Source: an uncultured delta proteobacterium (GTDB taxonomy: Bacteria > Desulfobacterota > Desulfuromonadia > Geobacterales > DSM-12255). Taken from it: a DNA stretch of 64,000 bases. Numbering within the stretch: the stretch's first letter is position 1; each line of letters starts with the position of its first letter. Below the pieces are notes generated by a model. That model saw nothing but the letters and a program-made list of their open reading frames with translations. It was not told the origin of the DNA and ran no database searches. Both the position numbers and the translations under genes were made by a program. The DNA is taken from positions 256,001 to 320,000 of the forward strand of contig CAWBBV010000007.1 in NCBI GenBank assembly GCA_963787125.1, given 5' to 3'. Shown here one piece after another: positions 18,551 through 29,799 of this stretch.

Positions 18551-21031
18551 TTGTTGTTGGAAAATCGATATAGATTAGGAGTATTGATGAACCGTATTAC
18601 GACACTTTTATTGTTACTCCTTTTTGCTTTAGGATCTGCATTAACCATTTTTGGGCTGAGCCATCTGGCCTTTCCTGAAGCGCTGTCATTAAGCTTTGCT
18701 GGAGTTCTAATCTATATTGGATCGTTGGTTTTCTGTGCGGTCCTCGTTTTGATGGGGGCTAAGTGGAGTCGGCGCAACCCGATGATTATCGGGGGGAGTA
18801 TCATTGTCGGACTTGCTCTGTTATCCGGTGCAATATGGCCACTTATGGTCACTCTGTGGTTTGCTATTGCCTCAACTCTTCTTGGACGAACCATTCTTGC
18901 AGCGTTCAGGTTTAAAACAAATGACATTGATTGGACGGTAAGCTTTCTTGTCGGTGCCGGTGTGTATGGAAGCGCAGTAGGGTTGTTTGCACATTTCCCG
19001 GTCAACTATCCTGGTGTTTATGGTGTGCTGCTTGCTCTGCCACTGATACTGGAGCGGCGTTTGCTTTTGGATTTGATAGAGTCGATAGGCAAAACCCTTG
19101 CTCAGGGCAATCCGCCAGAAGAACGAACCGCTTGGCTCGAAGTATTAATCGCAGTAGCTGCACTGGTTCACTTTGCTGTAGCCCTTATGCCAGAGGTTGG
19201 CCATGACGCTCTGGCCATGCATCTGTTTATTCCAGCTCATCTGTCATTGCGCCATCAATGGGGCTTTGATGTCAGTACCTACGTTTGGGCAGCCATGCCG
19301 ATGCTGGGTGACTGGATCTTCTCTCTTTGCTATATGCTGGCAGGTGAGACGGCAGCGCGACTGATTAACGTAGGGTTTATTTTTGTTCTGGCAAAGTTGA
19401 TTCGCGATCTTGTCGTCTGGGCGGGCGGGACCTCTGCCGGAGCAAGGTGGGCGGTTCTCATCTTCTTGTCGACACCCCTTACTTTTACCGAAAGCAGCAG
19501 CCTGTTTATCGAGTCGGTCTGGGCAGCGTTTGTTGTCGCCGGGACACTTGCGTTGCTACGAACATGTGCGGCGAGCGATAGTCGTAAAATTGATCTGCCT
19601 CTTGCCGGGATCCTGTTGGGATCTGCTCTGGCTGCTAAAGCAGTAACCTTAACGATACTTCCCGTTTTACTATTATTAGTTATTTGGCGGTACAAAGTCT
19701 TGTTGAGAGCGGAGTACTATCGTGGCTTGGTGCTTGGCCTGGGCGTTTTTATGCTGCTGGGACTGATCCCCTACGTAACGTCTTACACGCTAACAGGTAA
19801 TCCGGTGTTTCCTTTTTACAACAATCTGTTTCAGTCACCGTATTACCCGGCTGTCAAATTCGAAGGCCCGTCAATATTTGGCAAGGGGGTAACGTGGGAT
19901 GTGTTGTATCAGGCGACGTTCCATTCTGAAAAGTATCTGGAGAGCAAACCGGGCGCTGCGGGTTTTCAGTGGCTATTATTGTTTGTGCCGGCAGTTGCAG
20001 CTTTAACTGTTGGTCGGCAGCGCAGAGGCTTGGCGCTGGTGCTCATCGGTGTGTCCTTCGTCGTAATTACTTTTCAGCCGATGAGTTACTTGCGCTATGT
20101 TTTCCCGTCATTTGCCATCTTTGCTGCGGTTATGGGGCTTGCCTTCTCAGAGGGGTGGGGGGGCAAACAATCTTTGCAAAGGGTTGGTTGTATTACCGGT
20201 TGTATTGTTGTCGTGCTCAATCTGCTGTTCCTCCGGGCCGGTACTTACTATGGTGATTTTTCACTCAAGGCGTTGATGAGCGAGGCTGGTCGCGAGGCTT
20301 ATCTACAAGAACGACTGCCGATCAGAAACGCGATTAAAGTCGTCAATCAGCTGAACATGGGACGAACCCCTGTGGCTGTCTTATCGTCGCCCCTCACTGC
20401 CGGTCTGGCAGCAGACGGGCTTTATCCCAGCTGGTACAACCACAAGTTTCAAACCCTTATAAACACGGCAAATACTGACCGTGAAGTTGCCAAGGTTTTG
20501 CTGGGTAAAGGCGTTGATTTTGTCATACTGGATACAAGTTGGGGCGATGCCCAAAAACGATCGCTGATAGAAAATGCTACTGAAAAAATCTCTGACCTTG
20601 GTTCAGTTTCTGTCCGGTCTTTGCGCAAGGAGTATCTGTTCAAGACGGAATTATTGAAAAATACCGGCACTTTTGACACTGAGGCCTGGTCAAGGGCAGA
20701 AGGGGTAGTTATGACGCCAACAGGTGAAGCTGTTGTCACTGTTACGTCAACAGCTACGCAGATAGTACCCGTTACACAGGGTCACCGCTATCTCAATGCC
20801 AACGTGGCGTTGTGCAAGGATCAACCTGCCCAGGGGCGCTTACAAGTCAATTGGCTTGATGCCAAGGCTCAATTTGTCAGTACAGATATTCGCCTGTTCG
20901 ATTGCACAAATTTACCGGTCAAACACTCCATGGAGGTGATTGCGCCACCCAAATCGGCGTTTGCAGCTGTCTATGTCTCCGGGCATACTTCTATCCCCTT
21001 GGTGTTTAAGGAGGTCTCATTTTTGCAATGA
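18551..21031 (+). CDS. Polytopic membrane protein, GT-C / PMT-like glycosyltransferase with C-terminal soluble domain
   Basis: Many TM segments, DALAMHL motif, TGNPVFPFYN, YLRYVFP; start may be ATG 18587. Confidence 0.6.
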   Translation: MLLENRYRLGVLMNRITTLLLLLLFALGSALTIFGLSHLAFPEALSLSFAGVLIYIGSLVFCAVLVLMGAKWSRRNPMIIGGSIIVGLALLSGAIWPLMVTLWFAIASTLLGRTILAAFRFKTNDIDWTVSFLVGAGVYGSAVGLFAHFPVNYPGVYGVLLALPLILERRLLLDLIESIGKTLAQGNPPEERTAWLEVLIAVAALVHFAVALMPEVGHDALAMHLFIPAHLSLRHQWGFDVSTYVWAAMPMLGDWIFSLCYMLAGETAARLINVGFIFVLAKLIRDLVVWAGGTSAGARWAVLIFLSTPLTFTESSSLFIESVWAAFVVAGTLALLRTCAASDSRKIDLPLAGILLGSALAAKAVTLTILPVLLLLVIWRYKVLLRAEYYRGLVLGLGVFMLLGLIPYVTSYTLTGNPVFPFYNNLFQSPYYPAVKFEGPSIFGKGVTWDVLYQATFHSEKYLESKPGAAGFQWLLLFVPAVAALTVGRQRRGLALVLIGVSFVVITFQPMSYLRYVFPSFAIFAAVMGLAFSEGWGGKQSLQRVGCITGCIVVVLNLLFLRAGTYYGDFSLKALMSEAGREAYLQERLPIRNAIKVVNQLNMGRTPVAVLSSPLTAGLAADGLYPSWYNHKFQTLINTANTDREVAKVLLGKGVDFVILDTSWGDAQKRSLIENATEKISDLGSVSVRSLRKEYLFKTELLKNTGTFDTEAWSRAEGVVMTPTGEAVVTVTSTATQIVPVTQGHRYLNANVALCKDQPAQGRLQVNWLDAKAQFVSTDIRLFDCTNLPVKHSMEVIAPPKSAFAAVYVSGHTSIPLVFKEVSFLQ

Positions 21032-22047
21032 ATAGTCAAAGATGCAGCGAGGCTGAATTCACTCATAGTGGTCGTATTGCTGTCGTAATACCTGCGTACA
21101 GGGTCACTCGACATGTTTTAACGGTTGTTACACAGATGCCTGCAGAAGTATGGCGAATTTATGTAATCGATGATGCTTGCCCTGACGGCTCAGGTAAAAT
21201 TGTTGAGTCTCAAGTCAGCGATCTTCGCGTTCGTGTGGTCTATCACCAAATAAATCAGGGCGTTGGCGGAGCAGTAATGACCGGTTACCGTGCCGCCATT
21301 GCTGATGGGGCCGAAGTCATCGTCAAAGTGGATGGTGACGGGCAGATGGATCCAAGCTTGATCTTCAATTTTGCTGAACCGATTCTTGCCGGCGAAGCCG
21401 ATTATACTAAGGGGAACAGGTTTTTTGACCTTGAAAGTGTCCGCGCCATGCCAGGAATCCGGATTTTTGGCAATGCGGTGCTTTCTTTAATGTCCAAACT
21501 CTCTACAGGCTATTGGGATTTATTCGACCCGACCAACGGCTATACCGCTGTTCATGCAAAAGTTGCCGGTCAGCTCCCTTTTGATAAGATCAGCCGGCGC
21601 TATTTTTTTGAAACCGACATCCTTTTCAGGCTTAACACTATTCGTGCAAAGGTGATCGATGTGCCGATGGCAGCAAAGTATGTAGACGAAGTCAGTAATC
21701 TGAAGATTTCAAAAATTTTCGGTGAGTTTCTTGTTAAGCATTTGCGGAATTTCCTGAAACGAATTCTCTATAATTACTATCTGCGGGACTTATCGCTAGC
21801 TTCTCTGGAGTTACCCCTGGGCTTGTTCTTATTGCTATTCGGAGCTGTTTACGGTTGCTACCATTGGTTTGTTTCTGCTCGTGCCGGTGTAACTACTCCG
21901 GCCGGTACAGTTATGCTTGCTGCTCTGCCTGTTCTTATGGGGCTCCAATTTGTGATGGCTTTTCTTGGTTATGACATTGAGTCTGTTCCCCGGCGTTCAA
22001 GGCATACTACGTTATGCTCTAAACGGATGCTGAAAATTGAGGGATAA
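21028..22047 (+). CDS. Polyprenol-phosphate glycosyltransferase (DPM1/GtrB-like GT2) with two C-terminal TM helices
   Basis: VVIPAY, IDDACPD, NQGVGGA, KVDGDGQMDP, DPTNGY. Confidence 0.85.
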   Translation: MNSQRCSEAEFTHSGRIAVVIPAYRVTRHVLTVVTQMPAEVWRIYVIDDACPDGSGKIVESQVSDLRVRVVYHQINQGVGGAVMTGYRAAIADGAEVIVKVDGDGQMDPSLIFNFAEPILAGEADYTKGNRFFDLESVRAMPGIRIFGNAVLSLMSKLSTGYWDLFDPTNGYTAVHAKVAGQLPFDKISRRYFFETDILFRLNTIRAKVIDVPMAAKYVDEVSNLKISKIFGEFLVKHLRNFLKRILYNYYLRDLSLASLELPLGLFLLLFGAVYGCYHWFVSARAGVTTPAGTVMLAALPVLMGLQFVMAFLGYDIESVPRRSRHTTLCSKRMLKIEG

Positions 22048-22773
22048 GTGATGAACGATCATGATATTAATCAACCACATAAAAAAATAGCTGCCCATCC
22101 GGATCACAAAGCTTACCTGCAGCAGTGGGCTGAGCTCTACGAAGGGAATAACTATGATTCGGGGTTGACCGGCTACTTCCTTAAAAAGAGTCACGAATGG
22201 TCTGAATTGCGATTCGGGCCTGATGCTCACTTTGCGAAGGTACTCGAAGTCGGGGCGGGCACCGGGATGCACCTCAAATATGTTCGCCACTCCTTTGACC
22301 AATACGTTTTGACAGACCTTAACCCGCCGCTGATGGATAAGATTGAACTCCCGGAATCTACCCGAGATTCAGGAAAAGTTGTAATTTCCACTGAGGATGC
22401 GACGAAACTTTCCTTTCCGGATAACACGTTTGATCGTGTGATTGCGGCCCACGTACTGGAGCACTTGTACCGCCCGCACGAAGTATTGCTTGAATGGGGA
22501 CGGGTTTTGAAGCCTGGCGGAATACTGACCCTGGTTCTGCCCTGTGACCCAGGTGTTCTTTGGCGTTTAGGCCGTTTTGCAGTTGCACGCGGGAAGTTCA
22601 TTGCTGCTGGTTTGCAATACGATTATTGGATGGCCCGAGAACATGTAAATCCGATTAACGTACTCGAAGCATTTATTCACCACTACTTTTCAGATGTTAG
22701 CGAAGAGTGGCTGCCCATGCGTATTCCGTCAATTGATTGCAATCTCTTTTACATTGCCCACGTAAAAGTTTGA
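22048..22773 (+). CDS. Class I SAM-dependent methyltransferase
   Basis: VLEVGAGTG, DATKLSFPDNTFD, HVLEH, RVLKPGG. Confidence 0.88.
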   Translation: MMNDHDINQPHKKIAAHPDHKAYLQQWAELYEGNNYDSGLTGYFLKKSHEWSELRFGPDAHFAKVLEVGAGTGMHLKYVRHSFDQYVLTDLNPPLMDKIELPESTRDSGKVVISTEDATKLSFPDNTFDRVIAAHVLEHLYRPHEVLLEWGRVLKPGGILTLVLPCDPGVLWRLGRFAVARGKFIAAGLQYDYWMAREHVNPINVLEAFIHHYFSDVSEEWLPMRIPSIDCNLFYIAHVKV

Positions 22774-22807
22774 TGCAAAATATTTATCTTATTTATCAGG
22801 CGCCTGA

Positions 22808-23928
22808 ATGAAAAAAATCCTCATAACCTTCGGCACCCGCCCTGAAGCTATCAAGATGGCTCCGGTAGTAGAGGTGCTTAAAAAAGAGCGCCGCTTCGAT
22901 GTGAAAGTCTGCGTCACGGCCCAGCACCGGCAGATGCTTGATCAGGTGCTGGAGCTGTTTGCGATCACACCGGATTTCGACCTGAACCTGATGAAGCCGG
23001 GGCAGGATCTGACGGACATTACCAGTAATGTGCTGCTCGGGATGCGCGGCGTGCTGCGAGAGTGGCGGCCGGACTGGCTGCTGGTGCATGGCGACACGAC
23101 CACGACCTTTGCTGCCGCCCTGGCAGCCTACTACGAAAAGGTGGCGGTGGGGCATGTGGAGGCTGGGCTGCGGACCGGCAACATTTACTCCCCCTGGCCG
23201 GAGGAGATGAACCGCCGCCTCGCCGGGGCGATTACTGCGCTCCATTTCGCCCCTACTGAACTGGCGCGGCAAAACCTGCTGCGGGAAGGGGTTGCCCCTG
23301 AATGCAGTCCACGTTACCGGTAACACGGTAATTGATGCCCTGCTGGAGGTGGTGGCGCGTATCAGGAACGATGCGGAATTAAAGGCTCGCTTTGCCCGGC
23401 AGTTCGACTTTCTTTCTCCAGGTAAGCGGCTGGTGCTGGTAACCGGCCACCGGCGGGAGAACTTTGGCGCCGGTTTCGAGCGGATCTGCAGCGCCCTGAA
23501 GAGCCTTGGTGGAACGGAATGATGTGGAGATCGTCTATCCGGTGCACTTGAATCCGAATGTGCAGGAGCCGGTGCGGCGGATTCTTGGAGCTGCGCCACG
23601 GGTGCACCTGATCGAGCCGCTCGATTATCTGCCTTTTGTGTATCTGATGGAGCGCTCAACCTTGATTATTACCGATTCGGGAGGGGTACAGGAAGAGGCG
23701 CCATCTCTGGGGAAGCCGGTACTGGTCATGCGCGATACCACCGAGCGGCCCGAGGCTGTGGTTGCCGGAACCGTAAAGCTGGTCGGTACGGACGAAGCGG
23801 CCATTGTCCGGGAGGCTGCCCTGCTACTTGATGATCAAGGAGCCTACCAGCGGATGGCACAGGCCCATAACCCCTATGGCGACGGTTTGGCTTGCGGGCG
23901 GATCGCCGGCATTCTCGGACAGGTATGA
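22808..23928 (+). CDS. wecB: UDP-N-acetylglucosamine 2-epimerase (non-hydrolysing); two +1 frameshifts (~23295, ~23506)
   Basis: [26 protein letters not shown] / [17 protein letters not shown] / [28 protein letters not shown] across three overlapping ORFs. Confidence 0.9.
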
Positions 23929-25040
23929 AGAAAATACTTTATCTGATGCACCTCCCCTGGGACTGGATCAAGCAGCGCCCCCATTTTCTTGCCGAGGAGC
24001 TGGGGCGTTTTGCTGATGTCTCGGTCGTCTATCGCTATTACCGGATACCGTTTTCCGGGCAGATGGTGGGGAATCCGGTGGCCCCCTGGATAAAGGTCCG
24101 CCCCCTGGTAATTCTGCCGTTCAACCGCTTTGCCTGGGTGGCCAGAATCAACGGAGCGATCATCCGCTCCTATCTGCGCCGGGCGCTGCAGGAGTGCGAT
24201 ATTGTCTGGGTTACCCATCCAGAAATGTTTATTGCCATCAAAGATGTAATTCCGGCTTCAGTGCAAGTGGTTTACGACTGCATGGACAACCAGAAGTTCT
24301 TTAAGTCGGTTGTTGAACGCAGCGGCCAGGCAGAGCGGGTTGATCTTTGGGAACGGGCGCTTTTGCAGCGCTGCGACCGGGTATTTACGTCGTCGGCGTA
24401 TCTGGCGCAGATGCTGCGGGACGACTATAATTATTGCGGCGAGTTGACGGTAGTTAATAACGGCATCTCTTTGAATTTTGCTCCGGAAGGCTCACCGCTT
24501 GATGAACCGTTTACGGCGGCTTTCTCCGGCCACGGCTTCAAGCTGACCTTTGTCGGCGCCATTGACAGCTGGGTGGATTTTCCGCTGCTTGAAAGGGCGC
24601 TGGCGGTCTATCCAAAGCTGACCATCAATCTGGTTGGCCCTAACATTGTCCCCGTCCCTTTGATCGACCGGCTGCGCCATCTCGGCCCAATCCCTCATCA
24701 CCTGCTGGCCGAGGTTATGGGGCGCTCCGATGCGCTGGTCATGCCATTTAAGGTGAGCACTCTGGTTGAGGCAATGGACCCGGTCAAACTTTACGAATAT
24801 GCCTGGAGCGGTAAGCCTGCCCTTGCCAGTTATTATGGTGAGACGCGCAAGTTCGCTGAGTTTATCCAGCTATACCGGGATGCCGATGAATTTATAGCCC
24901 TTTTAGGGCGGATTATGACAGGTGAATGCCGCCCACGGCCCGCAAGTGACTGTACTGCCTTTGGTGAGGCTCATTCCTGGACGCGGCGTGCCCAGGTCAT
25001 GGCTGCTCATCTCGGGCTTGATTTGAGCGGAAACGGTTAA
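23925..25040 (+). CDS. Glycosyltransferase (GT-B, GT4-like)
   Basis: ATG 23925 overlaps the wecB stop; [22 protein letters not shown]. Confidence 0.8.
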   Translation: MKKILYLMHLPWDWIKQRPHFLAEELGRFADVSVVYRYYRIPFSGQMVGNPVAPWIKVRPLVILPFNRFAWVARINGAIIRSYLRRALQECDIVWVTHPEMFIAIKDVIPASVQVVYDCMDNQKFFKSVVERSGQAERVDLWERALLQRCDRVFTSSAYLAQMLRDDYNYCGELTVVNNGISLNFAPEGSPLDEPFTAAFSGHGFKLTFVGAIDSWVDFPLLERALAVYPKLTINLVGPNIVPVPLIDRLRHLGPIPHHLLAEVMGRSDALVMPFKVSTLVEAMDPVKLYEYAWSGKPALASYYGETRKFAEFIQLYRDADEFIALLGRIMTGECRPRPASDCTAFGEAHSWTRRAQVMAAHLGLDLSGNG

Positions 25041-25045
25041 ACGAA

Positions 25046-25915
25046 ATGTCAGCACCTGCTACCGCCAGTATCCTTGCCATTATCGTTGTTTACGGAAAGT
25101 CCCTCAGGGAGTCGGCCACCTTTCAGTCCCTGGCTGCCTCCTTGTGGCAGGCGGATGCTCTCCTTGATATGTTTGTTTACGACAACAGTCCGGAACCGAT
25201 GCTGACAGAGCCGATCGCGATTGACGGGCCGTTCCGGCTAACTTTTCATCATGACCCGGCTAATGCCGGAATCAGCGCTGCCTACAATGTCGGGGCTCTC
25301 CTGGCGCGAAAAATGGGAAAAAAATGGCTGCTGCTGCTGGATCAGGACACAAACTTTCCTCCCGAGGCGGTAGCGACTTACGCCAAAGCGGTGAGCAAAT
25401 CCGGCGATGTGACTCTGTTTGCACCACGGCTTGTGGCCGGCGACAAACTTCTCTCCCCTTGCGGTTACCTGGCGGGCATCGGCTATCACCTGGGTCAAGT
25501 CCCTACAGGCGCCTTGGCGCTCACGAACAGAGCTGTTTTCAATAGCGGCATCCTGGTCCAGCTGGCAGCTTTTGAGGCGTGTGGCGGCTATGATGAAAGG
25601 GTCAGGGTGGATTTTGCAGATTTTGCTTTCATGAATCGTTTCCGCCAACGCTATCAGGAGGTCATGGTGTTGGATCTGATCTGCGAACATGGGTTTTCCA
25701 ACCTTGAAGAGATTACTATTGAAGCGGCACTTGGCCGCTTTAACAACTACTGCCTTGATGGCCGGGCTGCCGCCGCCACGCCGCTCCTCAAGCTTACCCA
25801 CGCTTTGCTGGTGCTGCGCCGCAGTCTTGTCCTGACCCTGCGCTATGGTTCGTGCCGCTTTCTTGCCAAGTTGCCGTTATACTTCTCAGGGAGAGAAAGG
25901 ATGATGTCTTCATGA
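25046..25915 (+). CDS. Glycosyltransferase family 2 (rhamnosyltransferase-like)
   Basis: IIVVY, YDNS, NAGISAAYNVG, LLLLDQDT, FNSG. Confidence 0.8.
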   Translation: MSAPATASILAIIVVYGKSLRESATFQSLAASLWQADALLDMFVYDNSPEPMLTEPIAIDGPFRLTFHHDPANAGISAAYNVGALLARKMGKKWLLLLDQDTNFPPEAVATYAKAVSKSGDVTLFAPRLVAGDKLLSPCGYLAGIGYHLGQVPTGALALTNRAVFNSGILVQLAAFEACGGYDERVRVDFADFAFMNRFRQRYQEVMVLDLICEHGFSNLEEITIEAALGRFNNYCLDGRAAAATPLLKLTHALLVLRRSLVLTLRYGSCRFLAKLPLYFSGRERMMSS

Positions 25916-26622
25916 TCTCGGTCTGCATGGCTACCTGCAACGGCGAGCGATTCATCCGCCGGCAGCTGGAGAGCATCCTTTCCCAACTGGCTGTTGATGA
26001 TGAACTTGTTATCAGCGATGACTCATCAGCTGACTCAACCCTCGACATCGTTAGCTCTTGCAATGACACCAGAATCAGGCTTTTCCCGAGGCAAGCCTTC
26101 AGATCCCCTGCCCTTAATTTTGAGTTTGCTCTCAAGCAGGCGCGGGGTGAGGTAATCGTGCTTGCTGATCAGGATGATATCTGGCTGCCGAACAAGCTTG
26201 CGGTGGTGAGGAACTTTTTTTTAAATAACCTGAATCGCCCGCTGCTGGTTGTTCTTGACGGGACTGTGGTTGACGGGGAGGAGCAGGAGATCTATCCGTC
26301 GGTGCTGGCAAAACTCAAAGCCGGGCGCGGTTTCTGGAAGAATCTTTATGACAACCGCTATCTCGGCTGCTGCATGGCGTTCAGCAGGGATCTGCTGGAG
26401 CGGGCATTGCCGTTTCCGCGTAATATTCCGATGCATGATATCTGGCTCGGCCAGCTGTGTGAGCGGATTGGCGCCACCGAATTTCTCCCGGTGGTGACGA
26501 TGAAGTACCGCAAACATAGTGCCAGTGTCACTGACTTCAAAATTCAATTTAAACCGCTACTTCAGATCAGGAGGCGATTGATTCTCGCATGGAATCTACT
26601 GCACCGCGCATATCTATCGTAA
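25912..26622 (+). CDS. Glycosyltransferase family 2
   Basis: MISVCMATCNGERFI (ATG 25912, ATGA overlap), SDDSSAD, ADQDDIW, HDIW. Confidence 0.88.
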   Translation: MISVCMATCNGERFIRRQLESILSQLAVDDELVISDDSSADSTLDIVSSCNDTRIRLFPRQAFRSPALNFEFALKQARGEVIVLADQDDIWLPNKLAVVRNFFLNNLNRPLLVVLDGTVVDGEEQEIYPSVLAKLKAGRGFWKNLYDNRYLGCCMAFSRDLLERALPFPRNIPMHDIWLGQLCERIGATEFLPVVTMKYRKHSASVTDFKIQFKPLLQIRRRLILAWNLLHRAYLS

Positions 26623-27389
26623 TGCCGAGCTTCAATCAGGTGCAGTTCCTGGAAGAGGCTGTCCGCTCGGTGCTTGATCAAAAGGGAGTATCCCTGGAAC
26701 TGCTGGTTATGGACCCCGGCTCAACTGATGGCTCGCGGGAACTGTTGCAGGAGCTGCAGGCGGAGTATGGTGACAGTCTCCGCCTCTTTTTTGAGCCGGA
26801 TAAAGGTCAGTCTGATGCCGTCAACAGGGGGCTGGCAGTGACTAAAGGGGAGCTTTTGGGGTGGCTCAACTCGGACGATCGACTCCGGCCCGGAACATTG
26901 GCACTTGTCGCAGGTCTGCTTGCAGACGACCGTCCTGCCTGGCTTTATGGGCGGTGCGGCATGATTGCTGCTCAGGGTGAAGATGTCACAAGCCTGATCG
27001 TCAGGTACAAGAACTGGCGAGGAGCATCTTTCTCCAGGGCGAAACTGTTGACGGAGAACTTTATTCCCCAGATGGCAGTTTTCTGGAACCGGCAGATGTG
27101 GGAGAGGGGAGGGGGGCTGGAAATAAGCAAGCATCTGGATATGGATTATGACCTCTGGCTCAGGTTCGCTGGAATTGCCGCTCCTATTGTTGTTCGTCGT
27201 GAACTTGCGGATTTCCGGATTCATGGCGAGGCTAAGGGGAGTTTGAAAAGCGGCGAGCAGCTTGAAGCAGCCTACGAAACTGCAAAATACCACGCTGCAG
27301 GGCTTGGGCATAAAGGGAGAGGGGCGCTACTGATACATAGATTGCTTGGGCTCCGGACCAGGCTGCTTTATTTAATCCTGAAACCTTAG
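26589..27389 (+). CDS. Glycosyltransferase family 2
   Basis: ISIVMPSFNQ, GSTDGS, GQSDAVNRG, WLNSDD, MDYDLWLR. Confidence 0.88.
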   Translation: MESTAPRISIVMPSFNQVQFLEEAVRSVLDQKGVSLELLVMDPGSTDGSRELLQELQAEYGDSLRLFFEPDKGQSDAVNRGLAVTKGELLGWLNSDDRLRPGTLALVAGLLADDRPAWLYGRCGMIAAQGEDVTSLIVRYKNWRGASFSRAKLLTENFIPQMAVFWNRQMWERGGGLEISKHLDMDYDLWLRFAGIAAPIVVRRELADFRIHGEAKGSLKSGEQLEAAYETAKYHAAGLGHKGRGALLIHRLLGLRTRLLYLILKP

Positions 27390-27394
27390 CCGTT

Positions 27395-28264
27395 TTACCC
27401 CAACGCCGCCTTCATCGCCTCGCCCATTTTCGTCGGACTCGCCGCGACGGTTACCCCGCATTCAGTCAGGATCCTTATCTTGTCTTCAGCTTTACCTTTG
27501 CCACCGGTTATGATTGCTCCGGCATGCCCCATTCGTTTGCCGGTCGGGGCGGTAACCCCGGCGATGAAGGCTGCTACCGGTTTTTTCATGTTGGCCCTTG
27601 ATCCAGTATGCAGCATCCTCTTCCGCACCGCCACCGATCTCGCCGATCATGAAGACCGCTTCAGTGTCAGGATCCTTGTTGAAAAGATCGAGGCAGTCGA
27701 TGAATTTCATGCCGCTGATTGGGTCGCCGCCGATGCCGACGCAGGTTGACTGGCCGAGCCCCATGTCTGTCAGCTGTTTGACCGCTTCGTAGGTGAGGGT
27801 GCCGCTGCGGGATACCACGCCGATTTTGCCCGGTTATGGATGTAGCCAGGCATGATGCCGACCTTGCACTCTCCGGGGGTGATGACTCCGGGGCAGTTGG
27901 GCCCGACAAGATTCATCTTCTTGCCGTCAAGAATCCTTCTGGCCAGCACCATGTCTCTGACCGGAATCCCTTCAGTGATGCAGATGGCAAGGGCAATGCC
28001 GGCGTCAGCAGCTTCCAGGATGGCATCGGCCGCCGCCGGAGGTGGTACGAATATCATGGAGACGTCTGCCCTGGTATAGTGAACAGCTTCCTCGACAGTA
28101 TTGAAGACCGGTATCCCCTCGATATGGATGCCGCCTTTGCCAGGGGTGACACCGGCAACGATCTTCGTGCCGTAATCGCGACACTGCTGGGTGTGAAAAA
28201 GACCGCTCCTGCCGGTAATCCCCTGGACGACAATCTTTGAGCTCTTATTGAGAAGTATTGCCAT
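27395..28264 (-). CDS. sucD: Succinyl-CoA synthetase alpha subunit; two frameshifts (~27834, ~27596)
   Basis: [27 protein letters not shown] / [20 protein letters not shown] / MGHAGAI. Confidence 0.92.
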
Positions 28265-28289
28265 TTGTTTATCTCCGTTAGGTATCTTT

Positions 28290-29447
28290 TCAGCCGAGCA
28301 TGGAAACAATCTTGGCAGCGCCATCGCCGAGATTATCGCCTATCTGTACATTAAGGCCTGATTCAAGCAGCAGCTTCTTCCCCTCTTCAACCTTGCTGCC
28401 GTCCATCCTGACTACAATCGGCAGAATGCACTGTACTTCCGAGGCGGCTTCTATGATCCCTTGGGCAATTACATCACAGCGCATGATGCCGCCGAAGATA
28501 TTGACAAAAACACCTTTTACATCGCAGTCTTGGAGGATTATCTTGAAAGCTTCTGCAACCTTTTCCCTGGTAGCGCCGCCGCCGACATCGAGAAAGTTGG
28601 CCGGCTGCGCGCCGAACTCTTTGAGGACGTCAAGGGTTGCCATGGCCAAGCCGGCACCGTTAACCATACAGCCGACATTGCCGGTCAGCTTGATATAAGA
28701 GAGGTCATACTTGCCGGCGGTAATCTCTAAAGGATCGAGCTGGGAGTAGTCGAGCATGTCAGGGTATTCGCGATGGCGGAACATGGCGTTGTCATCAAAA
28801 TTTATCTTGGCATCCATTGCCATCAGCCAGCCGGCTTTAGTAATAACCAGCGGGTTTATCTCAACCAGGAAACAGTCCTTCTCCAGCGCACATCTGTAGA
28901 GATTCTGGATAAGCTCGACGCAATCCTCGCAGATAGTGCCAGTAAGGCCAAGCGCAATGGCAATCTTCCGAGCCTGGAATGGTCTGAGGCCGGTAAAGGG
29001 GTCAATATTCAACATATGAATCTTGTCCGGAGAAGCTTTGGCGACCTCCTCGATATCCATGCCGCCTTCGGCGGAAGCGATCAGGCAGTATCTTGATGTT
29101 TCGCGGTCAAGGGTAATTGAGAGGTAAAACTCACGGGAGATTTCAACCGCTTCTTCAATCAGGATCCGGCGAACTCTCAGTCCTTCCGGTCCGGTCTGGG
29201 GGGTGACAAGTTTTTTACCAAAAAGCTCCTTACCAAATTCTTGTGCCTGTTCCGGGTGGTGGACAAGCTTTACACCTCCTGCCTTACCGCGACCACCGGC
29301 ATAAATTTGTGCCTTGACGACACAGCGACCTCCCATCTCTTTGGCAGCCCGTTCAACCTGGTCTGATGTTAAGGCTACCCGCCCTCTCGGGATCGGAATG
29401 GAGTAGCTGTTTAGAATCTCTTTAGCCTGATATTCGTGAATGTTCAT
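28290..29447 (-). CDS. sucC: Succinyl-CoA synthetase beta subunit
   Basis: [41 protein letters not shown]. Confidence 0.96.
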   Translation of the reverse strand: MNIHEYQAKEILNSYSIPIPRGRVALTSDQVERAAKEMGGRCVVKAQIYAGGRGKAGGVKLVHHPEQAQEFGKELFGKKLVTPQTGPEGLRVRRILIEEAVEISREFYLSITLDRETSRYCLIASAEGGMDIEEVAKASPDKIHMLNIDPFTGLRPFQARKIAIALGLTGTICEDCVELIQNLYRCALEKDCFLVEINPLVITKAGWLMAMDAKINFDDNAMFRHREYPDMLDYSQLDPLEITAGKYDLSYIKLTGNVGCMVNGAGLAMATLDVLKEFGAQPANFLDVGGGATREKVAEAFKIILQDCDVKGVFVNIFGGIMRCDVIAQGIIEAASEVQCILPIVVRMDGSKVEEGKKLLLESGLNVQIGDNLGDGAAKIVSMLG

Positions 29448-29508
29448 GGCTTACTCCCTAAACTGAAGAGTGAATATTATTGGTATATTTTAAACATACA
29501 TGTGCAGA

Positions 29509-29536
29509 TTGACAAGGGAATCACAGTTAATATAAT
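29509..29536 (+). promoter_or_regulatory. Sigma70-type promoter candidate
   Basis: TTGACA-N16-TATAAT, perfect hexamers. Confidence 0.6.
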
Positions 29537-29576
29537 TTACAAAAACGATATACGTGAGTAGCGTGCAGGTGGTTTT

Positions 29577-29594
29577 TAGGCACAATGTGTGCAT
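29577..29594 (+). promoter_or_regulatory. Sigma54 (RpoN) -24/-12 promoter candidate
   Basis: taGGCACaatgtgtGCAt, GG-N10-GC spacing. Confidence 0.55.
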
Positions 29595-29799
29595 GATAGC
29601 TGAAAGGTAAATGAACGCGCTGGCGGATATCTCCTGTTATTAGAGCGTTGTCTTCATTAATTAAATAGTGGTAATGGTCACCCGGACGTGATTTAACGTT
29701 AGAGCCGCTGTTATTTCGCTATGAAATATTTCTGATCTATGAACTAATTTAAATGATAAAAGTTAACTAATAATGTTTAACCACATGGAGGACACAGGC

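Noticed and set aside
26589..26640. ISIVMPSFNQ start of the last GT2 as a fifth cassette-associated copy
   Set aside because: It is a complete, diverged paralogous gene with no flanking junction or palindromic arms.
29540..29799. GEMM-I (c-di-GMP/cGAMP) riboswitch upstream of the cytochrome
   Set aside because: The characteristic AAACC..GCGAG/GAAA..GGACGG/CAAAG pattern is not visible; an Infernal scan would be decisive.
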